Shown here: one piece after another, positions 10,920-22,858 of the stretch
Position numbering within the stretch: position 1 is the stretch's first letter
Layout: each line of letters begins with the position of its first letter
Virus record (IMG/VR): IMGVR_UViG_3300042889_001503
Span: 124,001-188,000 of that record
Direction: 5' to 3' (one strand)
DNA length: 64,000 nt
Program-made: the position numbers and the translations under genes
Notes under the pieces: generated by a model
The model's input: the letters and a program-made list of their open reading frames with translations, nothing else
Databases searched by the model: none
Told to the model about the DNA's origin: nothing

Positions 10920-11828
10920 ATGGCTACAGGAACATATGGGACAATAAGACCGGCTGACGTAAGTCCGGAAGATGTTGAGATAATTTTAAATTATACTCCA
11001 TCAAGAGATGAAACAGATAATTTTGTTTTAACAAAATTGGATGCGAAGTCTATTTTAAGACCTTATTATAATAATGATACTACAGGTGTGAATAATGGTA
11101 TTGAGATATTAGGTGGTTTATATAATTTAAAATTACCTGCTGAACAATTTAATCAAATTGGGATTTATACGATTTTTATTAGACCTGCTCAAATAAGAAC
11201 AACAATATTAGATTGTGGTGTTTTATCGGCACTTCCTAATGTTAAAGGATTAATTTTTGATTTAAATTCTGTTCCATCTACTTATAGAAACAAATTTGTT
11301 AGTCAAGGGTTAGTTGGTTTTAGAATTGAATATCTAAATGCTGATGGGACAAAGATACCTAATTTCTTTAGAATTATTACCTCATCATTCTTTTGTGAAC
11401 CGGTTGTTCAAAACTTAACAAATTCATCTCAAAAGGCTATTAGATATCGATATACAGATAATAACACTAATTTATTGTTTTGTACATTAACACCATCTTC
11501 GGCACCAACAAATAAGCCAAACGCCACACCATATATTGGTCAACCAAATCAAAATGTTATTATAACAAATACTTTCTTTAATCCAATAACTTTGGATATT
11601 GAAATTGGAGAACACGATTTCTCAACATTGGCTATTGCTTTATATGGTAATCAAACTAAATCTATTGATGATGGTGTGTATACACTATACGATAATGCTA
11701 ATAACATATACAAACAATACAACTTATATGAGATTAGAGACCAATTTAACGAGTTATTATATGAAGTTAGACAAGACAGAGGGAATAACATAGATTTTAG
11801 TAAAAACTTTACAAATATAACCCAATAA
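10920..11828 (+). CDS. Putative structural protein (302 aa)
   Basis: Operon packing, TAATG overlap with the next gene. Confidence 0.55.
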   Translation: MATGTYGTIRPADVSPEDVEIILNYTPSRDETDNFVLTKLDAKSILRPYYNNDTTGVNNGIEILGGLYNLKLPAEQFNQIGIYTIFIRPAQIRTTILDCGVLSALPNVKGLIFDLNSVPSTYRNKFVSQGLVGFRIEYLNADGTKIPNFFRIITSSFFCEPVVQNLTNSSQKAIRYRYTDNNTNLLFCTLTPSSAPTNKPNATPYIGQPNQNVIITNTFFNPITLDIEIGEHDFSTLAIALYGNQTKSIDDGVYTLYDNANNIYKQYNLYEIRDQFNELLYEVRQDRGNNIDFSKNFTNITQ

Positions 11829-14800
11829 TGGCAATAGAAAAATTTACGTGTCCACCACAGACAGCATCCGGTGCAGGTACATTCTCCGATAATTTAGTTG
11901 GATTCCAACTTGTTGCGGGGGGTGGATTGACGCAAGGAAATTTTGAGTTCACTAGAGGAGTTAAGGAAAAATCAAATAGAACTTTTACAACAGGAGCATT
12001 CTCAAACCCTATTAACTTAGATAGTATGGGGGTTAATAGTGTTGTTCAATCAAAGGTGATATTTGAAAACAATTTTAAAGTTTATCCTAATTTTGATTTA
12101 ACTGAAGTAACTAATTTTACATCATACGGTTCAATGGTTAAAAGAATTTCAACATCGGTTGAAATGATTATTAGTAAATTTCCGGCAGCGTTGGAGGTTA
12201 CTTTTATGGATGAAAACTATTTAACCGGAGCTACTGCGACAAACATTTCATATAATCCAATAGTTAATGAAACAAGTATTGATTTAGATATTTCAAGAAT
12301 TAGAAACCCTTTTGATATTGATTTTACTGTTAACGCAACTAGAAATTTAGAACTAAGAGAGATTCAAGTTTCTCCTTTAAGAAATATGACAAATCAATTT
12401 GCCAAATACTCCTTATATTATGGTGGTGTTGGATTTGATGTTACTCATATTGAGCCAACAACGTCATCAACTACAGGAACCCTTAGAATATACCTTAAAG
12501 GTGATGTTTTTCCGGGTCAAACTCAGACACAAGATGATTTAGTTATTAGACCAAATGATTATCAGGTTAATAGAGTTCTTAATGAGGATTTGGATGAAGT
12601 TCAACGATTTTTATTAAATAGAAATGTTGTTCCTATTTATACAGCAACTTTCCAAGTTCCAAATGAAAACGATGATGGAACTTTTTATATTCAAAATAAG
12701 TTAGTGACTTGGCCGTTATATGGTAATTGGAATTTGGATATATTAACCAATTCCTTTACAATATATTTAACAACATTAAATGAGATTAGTTTGTCTTTTG
12801 ATGGATATCAAACAAATCTTGTTTCAAGATTTTTAACAACTGATTCACTTAAAGAATTTGACACCTCTGACCAAAAAATTGAAAAAATATTACAAATTTA
12901 CGGTAGAAGTTTTGATGAAACTAAGAAATTCATTAATGGTTTAGCTTATATGAATTCGGTGAATTATAACACCGGAAACGATATTCCGTCTCAATTACTA
13001 AAAAATTTATCACAAACATTAGGTTGGGCGACAAATATGTCCCCAATTACTAACGAGGACTTTTTAGGTTCGGTATTTGGTCAAAAGAATGTTGATAAAT
13101 CCGCTTTTAGTGGTGTAGGACAGTCTCAAACGCCTGACGAGTTAAACTACCAATATTATAAGAATTTAGTTCTTAATTCCGCCTATTTGTTTAAATCAAA
13201 AGGGACTAGAAAATCCATAGAAACTTTAATGAGGTTAATTGGTGCTCCGGACGCTTTAATTGATTTTAATGAGTATGTTTGTTTAGCTGACCAAAGAATT
13301 AATATGTCAGAGTTCGACTCTCAATATGCTAAAATATCGGGTGGAACATATTCTAAAACATTACCGACATTAGAGAGTGGATATACATTCAATATACAAG
13401 GGGTTCAATATTCTGGTTTTACAACAACATCAGTTCTTCAAGAAGTTGATTTAAGTAAAGGAGATTATCCAATTAGTGATAGTGGATATCCTATGTCACC
13501 GGGTAATTCTGAAACATATTTTTATCAGATGGGTGCTGGTTGGTTTGAATCAACACCAAAACATAGGTCATTAGAACAACCGGATTTAACTAATAGTGTG
13601 TTCACAGGTTCAAATCCTAATTATCAAACAAAATTAGCTCCATTTACTTATGGGCAAGAATATTTGAATGTATATAAATCATTCCCATTTACTGATTTAG
13701 GTTATAACATAAGAACAGCCGTAGATAACAATAAAACGTGGGTTGATAGTGAAATTGGGGATAGAAATAATTTAGATGGTGGGTATAACGCATTATATAA
13801 TGTTGGGGCAGAAGGTTTAGTTATTAATGTTAAAAATATTGATTTATACTTAAACCCCTCTCAAGGATTATCTTACGATGTTTGGTATATGTCAAGACAA
13901 TACAACTTCCCAATTAATAATCAAGGTTTGGGTTATGTTGCACCAACAAGATGTAACCCTAATCCGGTATCGTCTTATCCACATAACGGTGGTGTTGACT
14001 CAACCCTTATTAATCCCCAACCAAGGAAAGAAACCTTTTTTGAGTTTGCTCAAACATTTTGGAAAAACACAATTAATGTTAGAAATAGACAATTTGCAAC
14101 AGATGGTGGAACAAGTGGATATCCAACGTTATCATCAATATATTGGAATTATTTACAATCAGAATCTTTAGCTGGAATTCCAAATGATAACTTCACATAC
14201 AAAACAATGATTGAGTATGTTGAAGGTATGGGTGATTATTGGATTAGATTAGTTGAACAAATGATTCCGGCAACTACAATTTGGAATACGGGTGTTAAAT
14301 TAGAGAATTCTATTTTTCATAGACAAAAATTTGTTTGGAGAAGACAAAGAGGGTGTGCGTTGGTACCAATTATTTGTAAACCTTGTAAATTCACGGGTAG
14401 TGTTTATCAACTTAATTGTGATGTTTGGTATACCTTATGTAATCGATATCCGGAAAATGTAATGGAATTTGATAGTTTTAGTGGTGTTTTTAGTGATGTT
14501 ATTAATCAGTGGGAAACCGATAATGGAATAGATGTTGGGTCGTGTTATAGAGACGGAACAATTGTTAGTGAATGGTTTGTTGACATAAGTATAAATGGAA
14601 CTAATATTATTCAAGATGTGTTCTTTGATGGGGTAGGATACTCAAACCCGGTTGGTTACCTTTGTAGTGATGCGATGCCTTGTGTATCTGCATGGGAAAC
14701 AGCGTTAAATAATAGTCTTTCTACTTTAATATTAATGGGGTATGATTATCGTTATGAACGTTCAGTTAATGATGAAATAGGTTCACCACCAACAAAAGTT

Positions 14801-14893
14801 AAGATATGGAACATAAATTGTTCTGTTTCTCCACTAAATACAACTATAAGTATAAATGTAGGAATAAACTTTAATATAACTTGTCCACAATAA
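11828..14893 (+). CDS. Putative baseplate wedge / tail protein I-like (1021 aa)
   Basis: 'LLKNLSQTLGW' and 'YLFKSKGTRKSIETLMRLIG' resemble the KGT motif region of P2 gpI / baseplate wedge proteins. Confidence 0.55.
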   Translation: MAIEKFTCPPQTASGAGTFSDNLVGFQLVAGGGLTQGNFEFTRGVKEKSNRTFTTGAFSNPINLDSMGVNSVVQSKVIFENNFKVYPNFDLTEVTNFTSYGSMVKRISTSVEMIISKFPAALEVTFMDENYLTGATATNISYNPIVNETSIDLDISRIRNPFDIDFTVNATRNLELREIQVSPLRNMTNQFAKYSLYYGGVGFDVTHIEPTTSSTTGTLRIYLKGDVFPGQTQTQDDLVIRPNDYQVNRVLNEDLDEVQRFLLNRNVVPIYTATFQVPNENDDGTFYIQNKLVTWPLYGNWNLDILTNSFTIYLTTLNEISLSFDGYQTNLVSRFLTTDSLKEFDTSDQKIEKILQIYGRSFDETKKFINGLAYMNSVNYNTGNDIPSQLLKNLSQTLGWATNMSPITNEDFLGSVFGQKNVDKSAFSGVGQSQTPDELNYQYYKNLVLNSAYLFKSKGTRKSIETLMRLIGAPDALIDFNEYVCLADQRINMSEFDSQYAKISGGTYSKTLPTLESGYTFNIQGVQYSGFTTTSVLQEVDLSKGDYPISDSGYPMSPGNSETYFYQMGAGWFESTPKHRSLEQPDLTNSVFTGSNPNYQTKLAPFTYGQEYLNVYKSFPFTDLGYNIRTAVDNNKTWVDSEIGDRNNLDGGYNALYNVGAEGLVINVKNIDLYLNPSQGLSYDVWYMSRQYNFPINNQGLGYVAPTRCNPNPVSSYPHNGGVDSTLINPQPRKETFFEFAQTFWKNTINVRNRQFATDGGTSGYPTLSSIYWNYLQSESLAGIPNDNFTYKTMIEYVEGMGDYWIRLVEQMIPATTIWNTGVKLENSIFHRQKFVWRRQRGCALVPIICKPCKFTGSVYQLNCDVWYTLCNRYPENVMEFDSFSGVFSDVINQWETDNGIDVGSCYRDGTIVSEWFVDISINGTNIIQDVFFDGVGYSNPVGYLCSDAMPCVSAWETALNNSLSTLILMGYDYRYERSVNDEIGSPPTKVKIWNINCSVSPLNTTISINVGINFNITCPQ

Positions 14894-14896
14894 AAA

Positions 14897-17800
14897 ATGC
14901 CTTGTAATTTAACATATAACGCTAGTATAACAGGAGATTGTGCTAATACTAATTCAGGTTCGTTCACCATTGATATTATTGGTGAAGCTCCTGATTATAC
15001 CATCCAATGGTTATCACCATCGGCAACAACTATTTCATTAGGTCCAAGCGCGACAACATATAACGCAACAAGTTTATCCGCAGGAACGTATTCATTCAAC
15101 ATTATTGATAGTTGTGCTCCAACCAATACAATATTACCGGTAAATATTATTATATCTAGTGGAACCTGTGTTACAATAACATCAGCAACCAACACATTAT
15201 GTGGGTTCAATAATGGTTCTCTAATTGCGTCAACAATTAATGCGTATGATATATCAACTTTTAGTTTATATAATAATACAACAGGGTTTGTATCCTCAGG
15301 GGCATCATATTCAAACACATTTGAATTCACAACAATACCTTATGGAACTTATTATGTGATTGCTGATGACGGAGGTGGTTGTACCGGGAAGTCTGAGACT
15401 TGTATTATTAAAAATTCAACAACAATTGATTATGGTTTCTACATTGTAAACGATGCGGGATGTGCAGTTAATTCCGGAAAAATGTTTATTTCAGGATTAA
15501 CAGGTAACCCACCATATACGTATTTATGGTCTGACGGTAGTGTTGGGGATTCTATTTCTAATTTATCGACAGGGACATACTCTGTGACAGTTACAGATAA
15601 TACAGGATGTAGTATAAGTAAAAGTGGGTTTGTTGGTAAAATAGAACCCGTTGGTTTTGGTGTTGCTTATTTAACACAACCGACTTGTTTTAGTAGTGAT
15701 GGTGAAGTTAGTATAACTATAACCGGCGGTACACCACCATTTTATTACTTAGGGTCAAATGGTGTAACAAATATTACTTTTGACAGAACTGTTGTCTTTA
15801 GTGGATTGGGTGCTGGAGGATTTACAATTCAAGTTACTGATGCCGGGTTATGTACGTTTACAGCAACAGTTACTCTACAAGTTCCTATGGGGATATCTAC
15901 AGTTTCTGTTAATACAAGAAACTCAAAGTGTAATGATTCATCAGGAGCAATAGGTCCTATTCAAGTTTTTGGTGGGGTTGCTCCTTATACATTTACTTTA
16001 ACAGATTCTGACGGTAATTCAGACAGTCAAACACCATCAGATAGTGGTACTTGGATTTTTGATTTTTTATCGTCAGGAACATATTCATTAACAGTATCTG
16101 ATTCAGGTTCTGCTTTATGTGTATTTATGGGGACTTACGTCATTAATAATGATGTTGTGTATGATTTAACAGTTACCACAACCGGAACAACTTGTAACGG
16201 AAAAGATGGGTCGGTTAAATTGGAAATAACTTCAGGTGGAACTCCACCTTATTTGTATACAATTAATGGTAAATCTATATCAACTTCATTTACGTCATAC
16301 ACTTTTACTAATTTATTTTCAGGTAATTATATTGCAAATGTGACAGACGCATTGTTATGTAATCAATCATCTCCGTTTACCATTGATGGTTCAAATACTA
16401 TTGATTTTCATTTATTAAGTACTGACTCTATTAATAGTAATGGTTCGTTAACATCTTATATAACAAACGGGACACCACCGTTTACATTATATTTTGATGG
16501 AGATACTGTTGGAACTACTGTTATGGAAATAACTGATTTACCTCCGGGTGATTATGAGGTTAGAATTGTAGATAGTTCAGGGTGTTCAAAAGCGAAAAGA
16601 ATGGGTATTAGGGGAGATAAAGTCTACGAAAACCAAGTAGGTTATTCTAATGTTTGTTTAGGTGAATTAAACAAACCTATGAAAATTTACTCAGGTCCTA
16701 GACAATATTTAAATGAGGGATATGCCGAATTAATTATAGGGAATGAAAATTGTCTTTTAACTCAAACAATATTCTCAGCGTCAACAGTCATTGGTGACTG
16801 TGTTAATTCCGCAACATTCTATACAGGGTCTACATTGCAGGATTACCCTTCAGATAATTTATGGTACTCAACAATCGCATCATTGATTGAATCGTGCCCT
16901 CAAATTGGTCCGGGAAATGTTGATATTAATCCATTAACAAATGAAATAACAATCTCAACAAATTGTGAACCGGAATCGTTACATAATTCTAATGTTTTAA
17001 TTAAAATGAGAATTGATTACGATATTGAATGTGAATTTGGTTGTCTTACACCAACACCTACTCCTACAAATACTACGACAGTTACGCCTACCCAAACTCA
17101 AACACCAACTAAAACTCCGACAAATACGCCAACTCAAACACAAACACCAACTCATACTCCAAGTCAAACACCAACAATTGGGTCTATACCTCCAACTCCA
17201 ACACCAACACCAACAAATACGGCTACAGTTACGCCTACAAATACTCAAACCCCTACTCAAACTAAAACTCCTACTCAGACTCCAACTAAAACTCCGACAA
17301 ATACTCCAACTCAAACTCAAACCCCAACTCAAACAATGACAATGACTCCAACACCGTCTTCTAAGAAAACGTATTACGCTTATTTAATATGCGGAGAAAG
17401 ACCGAATAAAACTACTGTAGTTATTCAACCGGTTCCTGCGGTTCCGGGTAACGTTGTTGGTGGTGTTATTTTGGACTTTACAAATAAACTTTGTTGGGAA
17501 TTGAAAGAGATTTCTAGTGATTTAGCTCAATTAGAGAACAATTGGGGTGGAACAACTTATGATTATAATTGGTTTGACGATGTGTCGCCAACAATATATA
17601 CAGGTAGTGATGGGGTTAAACCTTGTGAAGAATGTGTTAAACTGTTAGATACTGTTATTGTTCCTGTTAAATCAAACTGTCCTACTAAATTAAGAAATTG
17701 GAGTGATTGTGCTAGGTCTAACGCAAGTGGTAATATATATATTAATGATATTTTAATCTATTCATTTGATTCAACCTTTGACGCTAATGTATTTATTAGT

Positions 17801-18469
17801 ACTTTAGGTACAAATGAGGGTGACGTTGTAAAAATTGTATTAACACCAAATGTAACTAATAGTGTGGTTACTTTAAATGTTACGTATAATGGAGCATCAG
17901 TATTTTCTCAAACAAGTAGTAATAGTGAAATTGGTTTTGTGTATACGGTTAGGTGTGATAAAAAATCAACCACTCAATACAACATTGATATCTTTTCAAC
18001 TTGTAAAAAGGGAGAACCATCAATAACATTATACAGTAACACATATACTGAAGGAAATGTTATTCCAACAGCGTATTATTCATCGTTTTGTTACCAATTT
18101 AATGACTCTCCTGAGATGAATTGGATTTTAAATTCGTTCGATGTTTCAAATGTTGTGAGTTATGAAATACTTTGTGAAGATATAGATGCTTCAGGTAGTA
18201 GTCCTGATGGATATTTCATCCATTGGTGGGTGACGGATATTGACCCGACCCAATTAAACATACCTATAAATGGTAATTGGAATAGTGGTAATGTTCAACC
18301 AACAGATTATGGTTCAGGTGATAATTTTAATGGATGGAATGGACCTTGTCCACCTTCAAATCCGGTTCATAATTATAGAATAAGAATATCGGCAACATTA
18401 TTAAATGGTAATGTTATTGATAGTAACTACTCAACATTTACTGCAGGTTGTATATACCCATTCTGTTAA
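14897..18469 (+). CDS. Putative fibre/adhesin: SprB-like repeats, Pro-Thr linker, C-terminal YbhB/YbcL (PEBP) domain
   Basis: Repeated C..dG.i...GGtpPY.Y....L..G.Y.V.VTD..GC units. (PT/QT)n at about 17048-17357. C-terminus '[45 protein letters not shown]' matches the PEBP pattern. Confidence 0.7.
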   Translation: MPCNLTYNASITGDCANTNSGSFTIDIIGEAPDYTIQWLSPSATTISLGPSATTYNATSLSAGTYSFNIIDSCAPTNTILPVNIIISSGTCVTITSATNTLCGFNNGSLIASTINAYDISTFSLYNNTTGFVSSGASYSNTFEFTTIPYGTYYVIADDGGGCTGKSETCIIKNSTTIDYGFYIVNDAGCAVNSGKMFISGLTGNPPYTYLWSDGSVGDSISNLSTGTYSVTVTDNTGCSISKSGFVGKIEPVGFGVAYLTQPTCFSSDGEVSITITGGTPPFYYLGSNGVTNITFDRTVVFSGLGAGGFTIQVTDAGLCTFTATVTLQVPMGISTVSVNTRNSKCNDSSGAIGPIQVFGGVAPYTFTLTDSDGNSDSQTPSDSGTWIFDFLSSGTYSLTVSDSGSALCVFMGTYVINNDVVYDLTVTTTGTTCNGKDGSVKLEITSGGTPPYLYTINGKSISTSFTSYTFTNLFSGNYIANVTDALLCNQSSPFTIDGSNTIDFHLLSTDSINSNGSLTSYITNGTPPFTLYFDGDTVGTTVMEITDLPPGDYEVRIVDSSGCSKAKRMGIRGDKVYENQVGYSNVCLGELNKPMKIYSGPRQYLNEGYAELIIGNENCLLTQTIFSASTVIGDCVNSATFYTGSTLQDYPSDNLWYSTIASLIESCPQIGPGNVDINPLTNEITISTNCEPESLHNSNVLIKMRIDYDIECEFGCLTPTPTPTNTTTVTPTQTQTPTKTPTNTPTQTQTPTHTPSQTPTIGSIPPTPTPTPTNTATVTPTNTQTPTQTKTPTQTPTKTPTNTPTQTQTPTQTMTMTPTPSSKKTYYAYLICGERPNKTTVVIQPVPAVPGNVVGGVILDFTNKLCWELKEISSDLAQLENNWGGTTYDYNWFDDVSPTIYTGSDGVKPCEECVKLLDTVIVPVKSNCPTKLRNWSDCARSNASGNIYINDILIYSFDSTFDANVFISTLGTNEGDVVKIVLTPNVTNSVVTLNVTYNGASVFSQTSSNSEIGFVYTVRCDKKSTTQYNIDIFSTCKKGEPSITLYSNTYTEGNVIPTAYYSSFCYQFNDSPEMNWILNSFDVSNVVSYEILCEDIDASGSSPDGYFIHWWVTDIDPTQLNIPINGNWNSGNVQPTDYGSGDNFNGWNGPCPPSNPVHNYRIRISATLLNGNVIDSNYSTFTAGCIYPFC
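17048..17357 (+). repeat. Pro/Thr-rich low-complexity coding repeat
   Basis: TPTPTPTNT...[23 protein letters not shown], degenerate at DNA level. Confidence 0.9.
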
Positions 18470-18471
18470 TA

Positions 18472-18507
18472 AATAAAAAAACCCCCTTAATTGGGGGTTT
18501 TTTTATT
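18472..18507. terminator. Bidirectional intrinsic terminator
   Basis: AATAAAAAAACCCCC-ttaatt-GGGGGTTTTTTTATT between converging genes. Confidence 0.9.
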
Positions 18508-19105
18508 ACCATAAATTTTCTTGATTCATATGACCTAAGACACAACAATAAGCGTCTGTTTGGTCGAAGTTCTCTTTTTTAAGAGTGTTGTTTCTTGTGT
18601 ATTGCCAAGTGATTTGGGGTTCTTTTTTGGCTATTAATTCCCATATGATTTGTTTTTTATCAATGTCTTTTGGTAGACCACCAAATAAAACAAACTTACC
18701 TTTATCATTTTCTTTAACTAATTCGGGGAAGGCGAACTTACGAGAGTTATATGTTGATATGAAGTCAGGAACTACCCCTAAAACGTCGTAAATTTCTTTT
18801 GTGACTAATGTGTTAAACCTTAATAAAGTTTGGACTGTATAGACGTTATTTGAGTTTAATAGAGGTTCCTCAATAATAACTTTAGTGATACCCATATCTT
18901 TGTACTCTAAAAGTTTGGTTCTAAAGATTTCACCTTTAAGAAGTAGTTCTTTTATTTTATTATCTTCCTTTGGTTTTGGTGTTGGTGATACGTGGGTTAG
19001 TTCTAATAATTCTCTACTTTGTATGTCAAATAATGCCCAACCAATAGTTTTGGTTGATACATCAAGCCCTAAAACTTTAGGGCTTTCTTTTAATGTTTTT
19101 TTCAT
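18506..19105 (-). CDS. RuvC-like Holliday junction resolvase
   Basis: VLGLDVSTKTIGWA (Asp), VIIEEP (Glu) and FDQTDAY (Asp pair) are RNase H-fold RuvC motifs. Confidence 0.75.
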   Translation of the reverse strand: MKKTLKESPKVLGLDVSTKTIGWALFDIQSRELLELTHVSPTPKPKEDNKIKELLLKGEIFRTKLLEYKDMGITKVIIEEPLLNSNNVYTVQTLLRFNTLVTKEIYDVLGVVPDFISTYNSRKFAFPELVKENDKGKFVLFGGLPKDIDKKQIIWELIAKKEPQITWQYTRNNTLKKENFDQTDAYCCVLGHMNQENLW

Positions 19106-19108
19106 ATG

Positions 19109-21532
19109 TTAAAAATCAAATTTTACTAAAAACTGTTGAATCCCCTGTCTAAGAATAGGTGATTGTAGCTTTGATACAATCATAAGATTCATTTTGTCAT
19201 CGTAAAGCCCAATTTCTGAAATATATGGTGAGACACCTTGTGACCAAGTTGGGTTTGATGAACGTTGAAATTCTGCTTGACCAAGGTTTATCTTATATCT
19301 CATTTCATAGATAGTTGCTTGGATGTCGGTTTCTAATGAACCATAGAAATAATATTCGTCACCAAAATTAAGAGTAGGTGTTGTAAGATTTATTGGTGTT
19401 TTAGGTGGTAATGAAATGTAATTATTTAAGTTGTATTTTGTTGCGACAGTAGAGTTAAGCATATCGCTAGTTATAACAAATGTGTTCCCTGTTAATCCGC
19501 TTTGAGTTATATAACCATTTACTGTTGACGCACTTAATTGGTTTGTAAAGTTAATTATTGTCCAAGCGTTTGACAAAGGTCTACTACCGTCCTCAACTAT
19601 TTGACAAATAATTTGAAATTTATTTGCAATATAACCACCAAAAAGTGAATTATTTGTTATTTGATTTAAACAATTAAATTCTCCACCAAATCTAACAGCA
19701 ACGTTTTGACTACCCGGAGTTCCACAGTCAACGTTTGGTCCGGATATGGTTGAGTAGTAATTACAATGTAATGAATTAGTTGCTCCTGAGGTTGTATTTG
19801 TTAATAAATAACTAACATACATAGTTTGATTAGCACTTGTTAATACACCATTAAATGACCCTTCTTTTGAACTACAACTATTTGGAACGATTAGTGATGT
19901 TGTTGCTGCCGGTAAAGTCCAGTTACGGTTTGATTTATATGATAACGCCGCAATCAATTCTTCATCATCTATAATTATTATTTTTTGGTCAGGGAATACT
20001 TTACCAACTCTATTTGGTAATCCACTACTACTATTTTGGTGAGTGTCCCATAAAAAATAATATCGAATACCCGGATTATTCATATCACTACTTTTTGTTG
20101 ATTTAATATAGTGAGGTTCAAAAACGTTAATTAATACCTTGTCTTCAGGTGGACTAACATAAAATGTTTCACCAAAACAACATTCAGGGTTTTTATGCCA
20201 CATTAACCAAGGTAAATGTAGTTTAAAGTTTCTAGCGTCTCCTGTAATATCTTCAGGGATTGTTCCACTAATAGGTTGTTCTAATGCAAATTTTTCACCA
20301 TAAAAGAAATCAATAGATTGGTTTGTGTAATGAATAATTGCGATAGCTTTTTGTTCTTTAGGTGCGACTGTTATTTTATTGTAAAATGAGTCGTAGTAAT
20401 AAACTGAATCTTCAACATCGCCCGCCATATTAACAAAAGTTTGTCCACTATCGGACATATATCCTAAATATTCTTTAGTTCCAATGTATGATTTAGAGTT
20501 AAATGTTTTATAATCTTGAGAAATAGTGTCAATTAATCCCGCAGGATTCTCCGACCAAGGAATATTCATATTCCAAACTTTAACGTCAAATTCGTCTGTA
20601 TTACAAACAGATTCATAATTAATTACATCAGTGTTCCAATGTGGTGACGGTGTAATACTGTCATATAAATCAGTCATATTTGGCGGATACACTAATGTTC
20701 TAACATAAGAACATCCGGAGGCAATATATGAATAGTTTGGTGTTACTCTATCTAATGTTACAACATTTAAACAAATATCGACAATTCTGTATGTTAATAT
20801 ATTGTAACAACTATTAACATTTACAAAACTATTAATAATTGGTGTTGGAGTACAACCTGTTGGTGTTGTAACGCAACAAGATGATGACGGTGTTGGTGTT
20901 GGATATATGATACAAGCGTCGTATGATGGTGTTGGTGTCGGTGTTGGTGTCGGTGTTGGGGTAACAGAAATTGGTTCAGTGGTACAAGAACTTGAATTAC
21001 CGTCAAAATAAATTGTTATTAAATCACCTTTAGCTGGTAATCTAACAATGGTTGAATCACCGCAAGCTGAGTATATTATTTTAATGTTTGTTCCTCCGGT
21101 AAATGTTGAAATATCAACAACGTAGTTAGAATCAATCACATAGTTAGTATCGGTTAATGCACTCCAATTAGATGTGGATGAATCTCCACTAAAAAAACCT
21201 CTCATTGTTGCTCTATTATATATTGGAGAAACCGCTGGGTCTGAAAATGGAATACCAAACGTATTACTGTCATCAGGGTCAACGTAAATTGGATATTTTA
21301 CATTTTGTTTATTACTTTGTCCCGGAGCGGAATTTTGTGAATTAAAATTAGGTTCTAATATATTGTTACTAGATTGATTGTAAGATGTTCCGGTTAGTGT
21401 ATTATAAGACACTTCACTATCTCCAACTTGGAAATACGAAATGTTAAAATTACCTTCAGATAGTTTTTGTCTAGCTGTGTCGGTTAATCTTGTACTAATT
21501 AACGCTGATGTGTTTTTAATTATATATGCCAT
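19109..21532 (-). CDS. Putative baseplate/tail-fibre attachment protein (807 aa)
   Basis: N-terminal 'LTDTARQKL...ISYFQVGDSE' and C-terminal 'ISEIGLYDDKMNLMIVSKL' resemble the two halves of tail-fibre/collar N-terminal (DUF3751-like) domains; internal PT/Cys segment. Confidence 0.55.
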   Translation of the reverse strand: MAYIIKNTSALISTRLTDTARQKLSEGNFNISYFQVGDSEVSYNTLTGTSYNQSSNNILEPNFNSQNSAPGQSNKQNVKYPIYVDPDDSNTFGIPFSDPAVSPIYNRATMRGFFSGDSSTSNWSALTDTNYVIDSNYVVDISTFTGGTNIKIIYSACGDSTIVRLPAKGDLITIYFDGNSSSCTTEPISVTPTPTPTPTPTPSYDACIIYPTPTPSSSCCVTTPTGCTPTPIINSFVNVNSCYNILTYRIVDICLNVVTLDRVTPNYSYIASGCSYVRTLVYPPNMTDLYDSITPSPHWNTDVINYESVCNTDEFDVKVWNMNIPWSENPAGLIDTISQDYKTFNSKSYIGTKEYLGYMSDSGQTFVNMAGDVEDSVYYYDSFYNKITVAPKEQKAIAIIHYTNQSIDFFYGEKFALEQPISGTIPEDITGDARNFKLHLPWLMWHKNPECCFGETFYVSPPEDKVLINVFEPHYIKSTKSSDMNNPGIRYYFLWDTHQNSSSGLPNRVGKVFPDQKIIIIDDEELIAALSYKSNRNWTLPAATTSLIVPNSCSSKEGSFNGVLTSANQTMYVSYLLTNTTSGATNSLHCNYYSTISGPNVDCGTPGSQNVAVRFGGEFNCLNQITNNSLFGGYIANKFQIICQIVEDGSRPLSNAWTIINFTNQLSASTVNGYITQSGLTGNTFVITSDMLNSTVATKYNLNNYISLPPKTPINLTTPTLNFGDEYYFYGSLETDIQATIYEMRYKINLGQAEFQRSSNPTWSQGVSPYISEIGLYDDKMNLMIVSKLQSPILRQGIQQFLVKFDF

Positions 21533-21536
21533 ACTG

Positions 21537-21544
21537 TATAAATA
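21537..21544 (-). promoter_or_regulatory. TATTTATA motif
   Basis: 4 nt upstream of the ATG at 21532 (minus strand). Confidence 0.55.
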
Positions 21545-21559
21545 TTCTGTGTTTTATTA

Positions 21560-22855
21560 TTAGTTAATAATTATTGAACAACAATCGCATCCACTAATAA
21601 CCGGATTACTAATTGAGTAGTTATCGTTACTATATCCAACAACACATTTTCCTGTTGTTGTTTTGTCAACTCTTGATGATGTAGAGATTGTTATTGTATC
21701 ACTATTAGAGATTGTTAATGAACTCCAAACATCACTAATATTTGATTGGTAAACATAATCCGTTTGACATCCTGCGGCGGTATTAACAGATTGATTAACA
21801 CTATTTGAAGTGCTTGTTAATAATACTTCATCACCATTTTTATATAATAATGTTGAAGTGGTTAGTATTGATGTTCCACTATTAGGTGATGAATAGAAAT
21901 TATTGTTATGTATTAAATCAAAAGTTATTGTTGCTCCGTTAGGTAACGGTGGGTTCACTACTACTGTTGTTTGATATGAATTTGCTAACGACACATTATT
22001 GTTAACCGGTTTTGTATTAGTTGTGTAAAGAGATATTGTATACGTTGTTGATGGGATTTCAGTTTTTACTATTTCCGTACTTAAATGAACATTCCCAATT
22101 GAATCAAGAACTGCTAAAATATAAGTTCCACTACAAAGGTTTGTAAATATTGGAGATGATGAATAGGTTACACCATTATCAATTGAATAACTGAAAGGTG
22201 GGTTATCTAAATCAACATTAAAAATAATACTACCGTCACATATACACGTAGGTTGGTTTACACTTCTTCTAAAATTACCTTGTTGTATTACGGGACAATT
22301 ACCTAAAGTTTGGGTAAAGTATACTGAAACCCCCCCAACACTCTGCCAATTACTTGGTGGGTTTGATGTTGAGTTAGTTGGATATTTTGATGAGATAACA
22401 TTACCTGTTCCCCCCGGTTGATAATTATTTATTACAAATCTAGCGGGGTTCAGAGTTGCGTCCCAAGTGATTGTAATTGTTGAATTCAATTCATTATCCT
22501 TCCAAGAAGGGTATCCACCAACTAAACCATTTGGTATGAAAGTTTTATGTACAACAGTTCCTAAATAACTAGATTCAAATGATAAACAGAATGGATTATA
22601 AGTAATATTCACCGGTGGTAATAATGATAAATTGTTACCACAATACGTATTGTAAAGGAAAATTGAGTTTGGTGTGGTGTTAGTTTTTATTGTTACGCCC
22701 GCTTGTAATAAAGGTAATGATAAACCTGTTGCTGGGGCGGCAACAGGATAAAGTGTTGCAACGGTTCCAAAGACACTATCAAGATAAATTGTGTATGGTC
22801 CCGGTGATGACGTTGTCCCCGTTATTTTTATTGTGTAATATTTTTCTGTGCTCAT
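21560..22855 (-). CDS. Putative virion fibre/decoration protein with one SprB-like repeat
   Basis: 'QPTCICDGSI...PPFSYSIDNG..FTNLCSGTY.L.VLDS'; T/S/N-rich; ends in CDCC. Confidence 0.55.
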   Translation of the reverse strand: MSTEKYYTIKITGTTSSPGPYTIYLDSVFGTVATLYPVAAPATGLSLPLLQAGVTIKTNTTPNSIFLYNTYCGNNLSLLPPVNITYNPFCLSFESSYLGTVVHKTFIPNGLVGGYPSWKDNELNSTITITWDATLNPARFVINNYQPGGTGNVISSKYPTNSTSNPPSNWQSVGGVSVYFTQTLGNCPVIQQGNFRRSVNQPTCICDGSIIFNVDLDNPPFSYSIDNGVTYSSSPIFTNLCSGTYILAVLDSIGNVHLSTEIVKTEIPSTTYTISLYTTNTKPVNNNVSLANSYQTTVVVNPPLPNGATITFDLIHNNNFYSSPNSGTSILTTSTLLYKNGDEVLLTSTSNSVNQSVNTAAGCQTDYVYQSNISDVWSSLTISNSDTITISTSSRVDKTTTGKCVVGYSNDNYSISNPVISGCDCCSIIIN

Positions 22856-22858
22856 AAA

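Noticed and set aside
18506-19105. Transposase/TnpB or Cas12-like nuclease
   Set aside because: Only 199 aa with a compact RuvC motif set; no Zn ribbon, terminal repeats or array.
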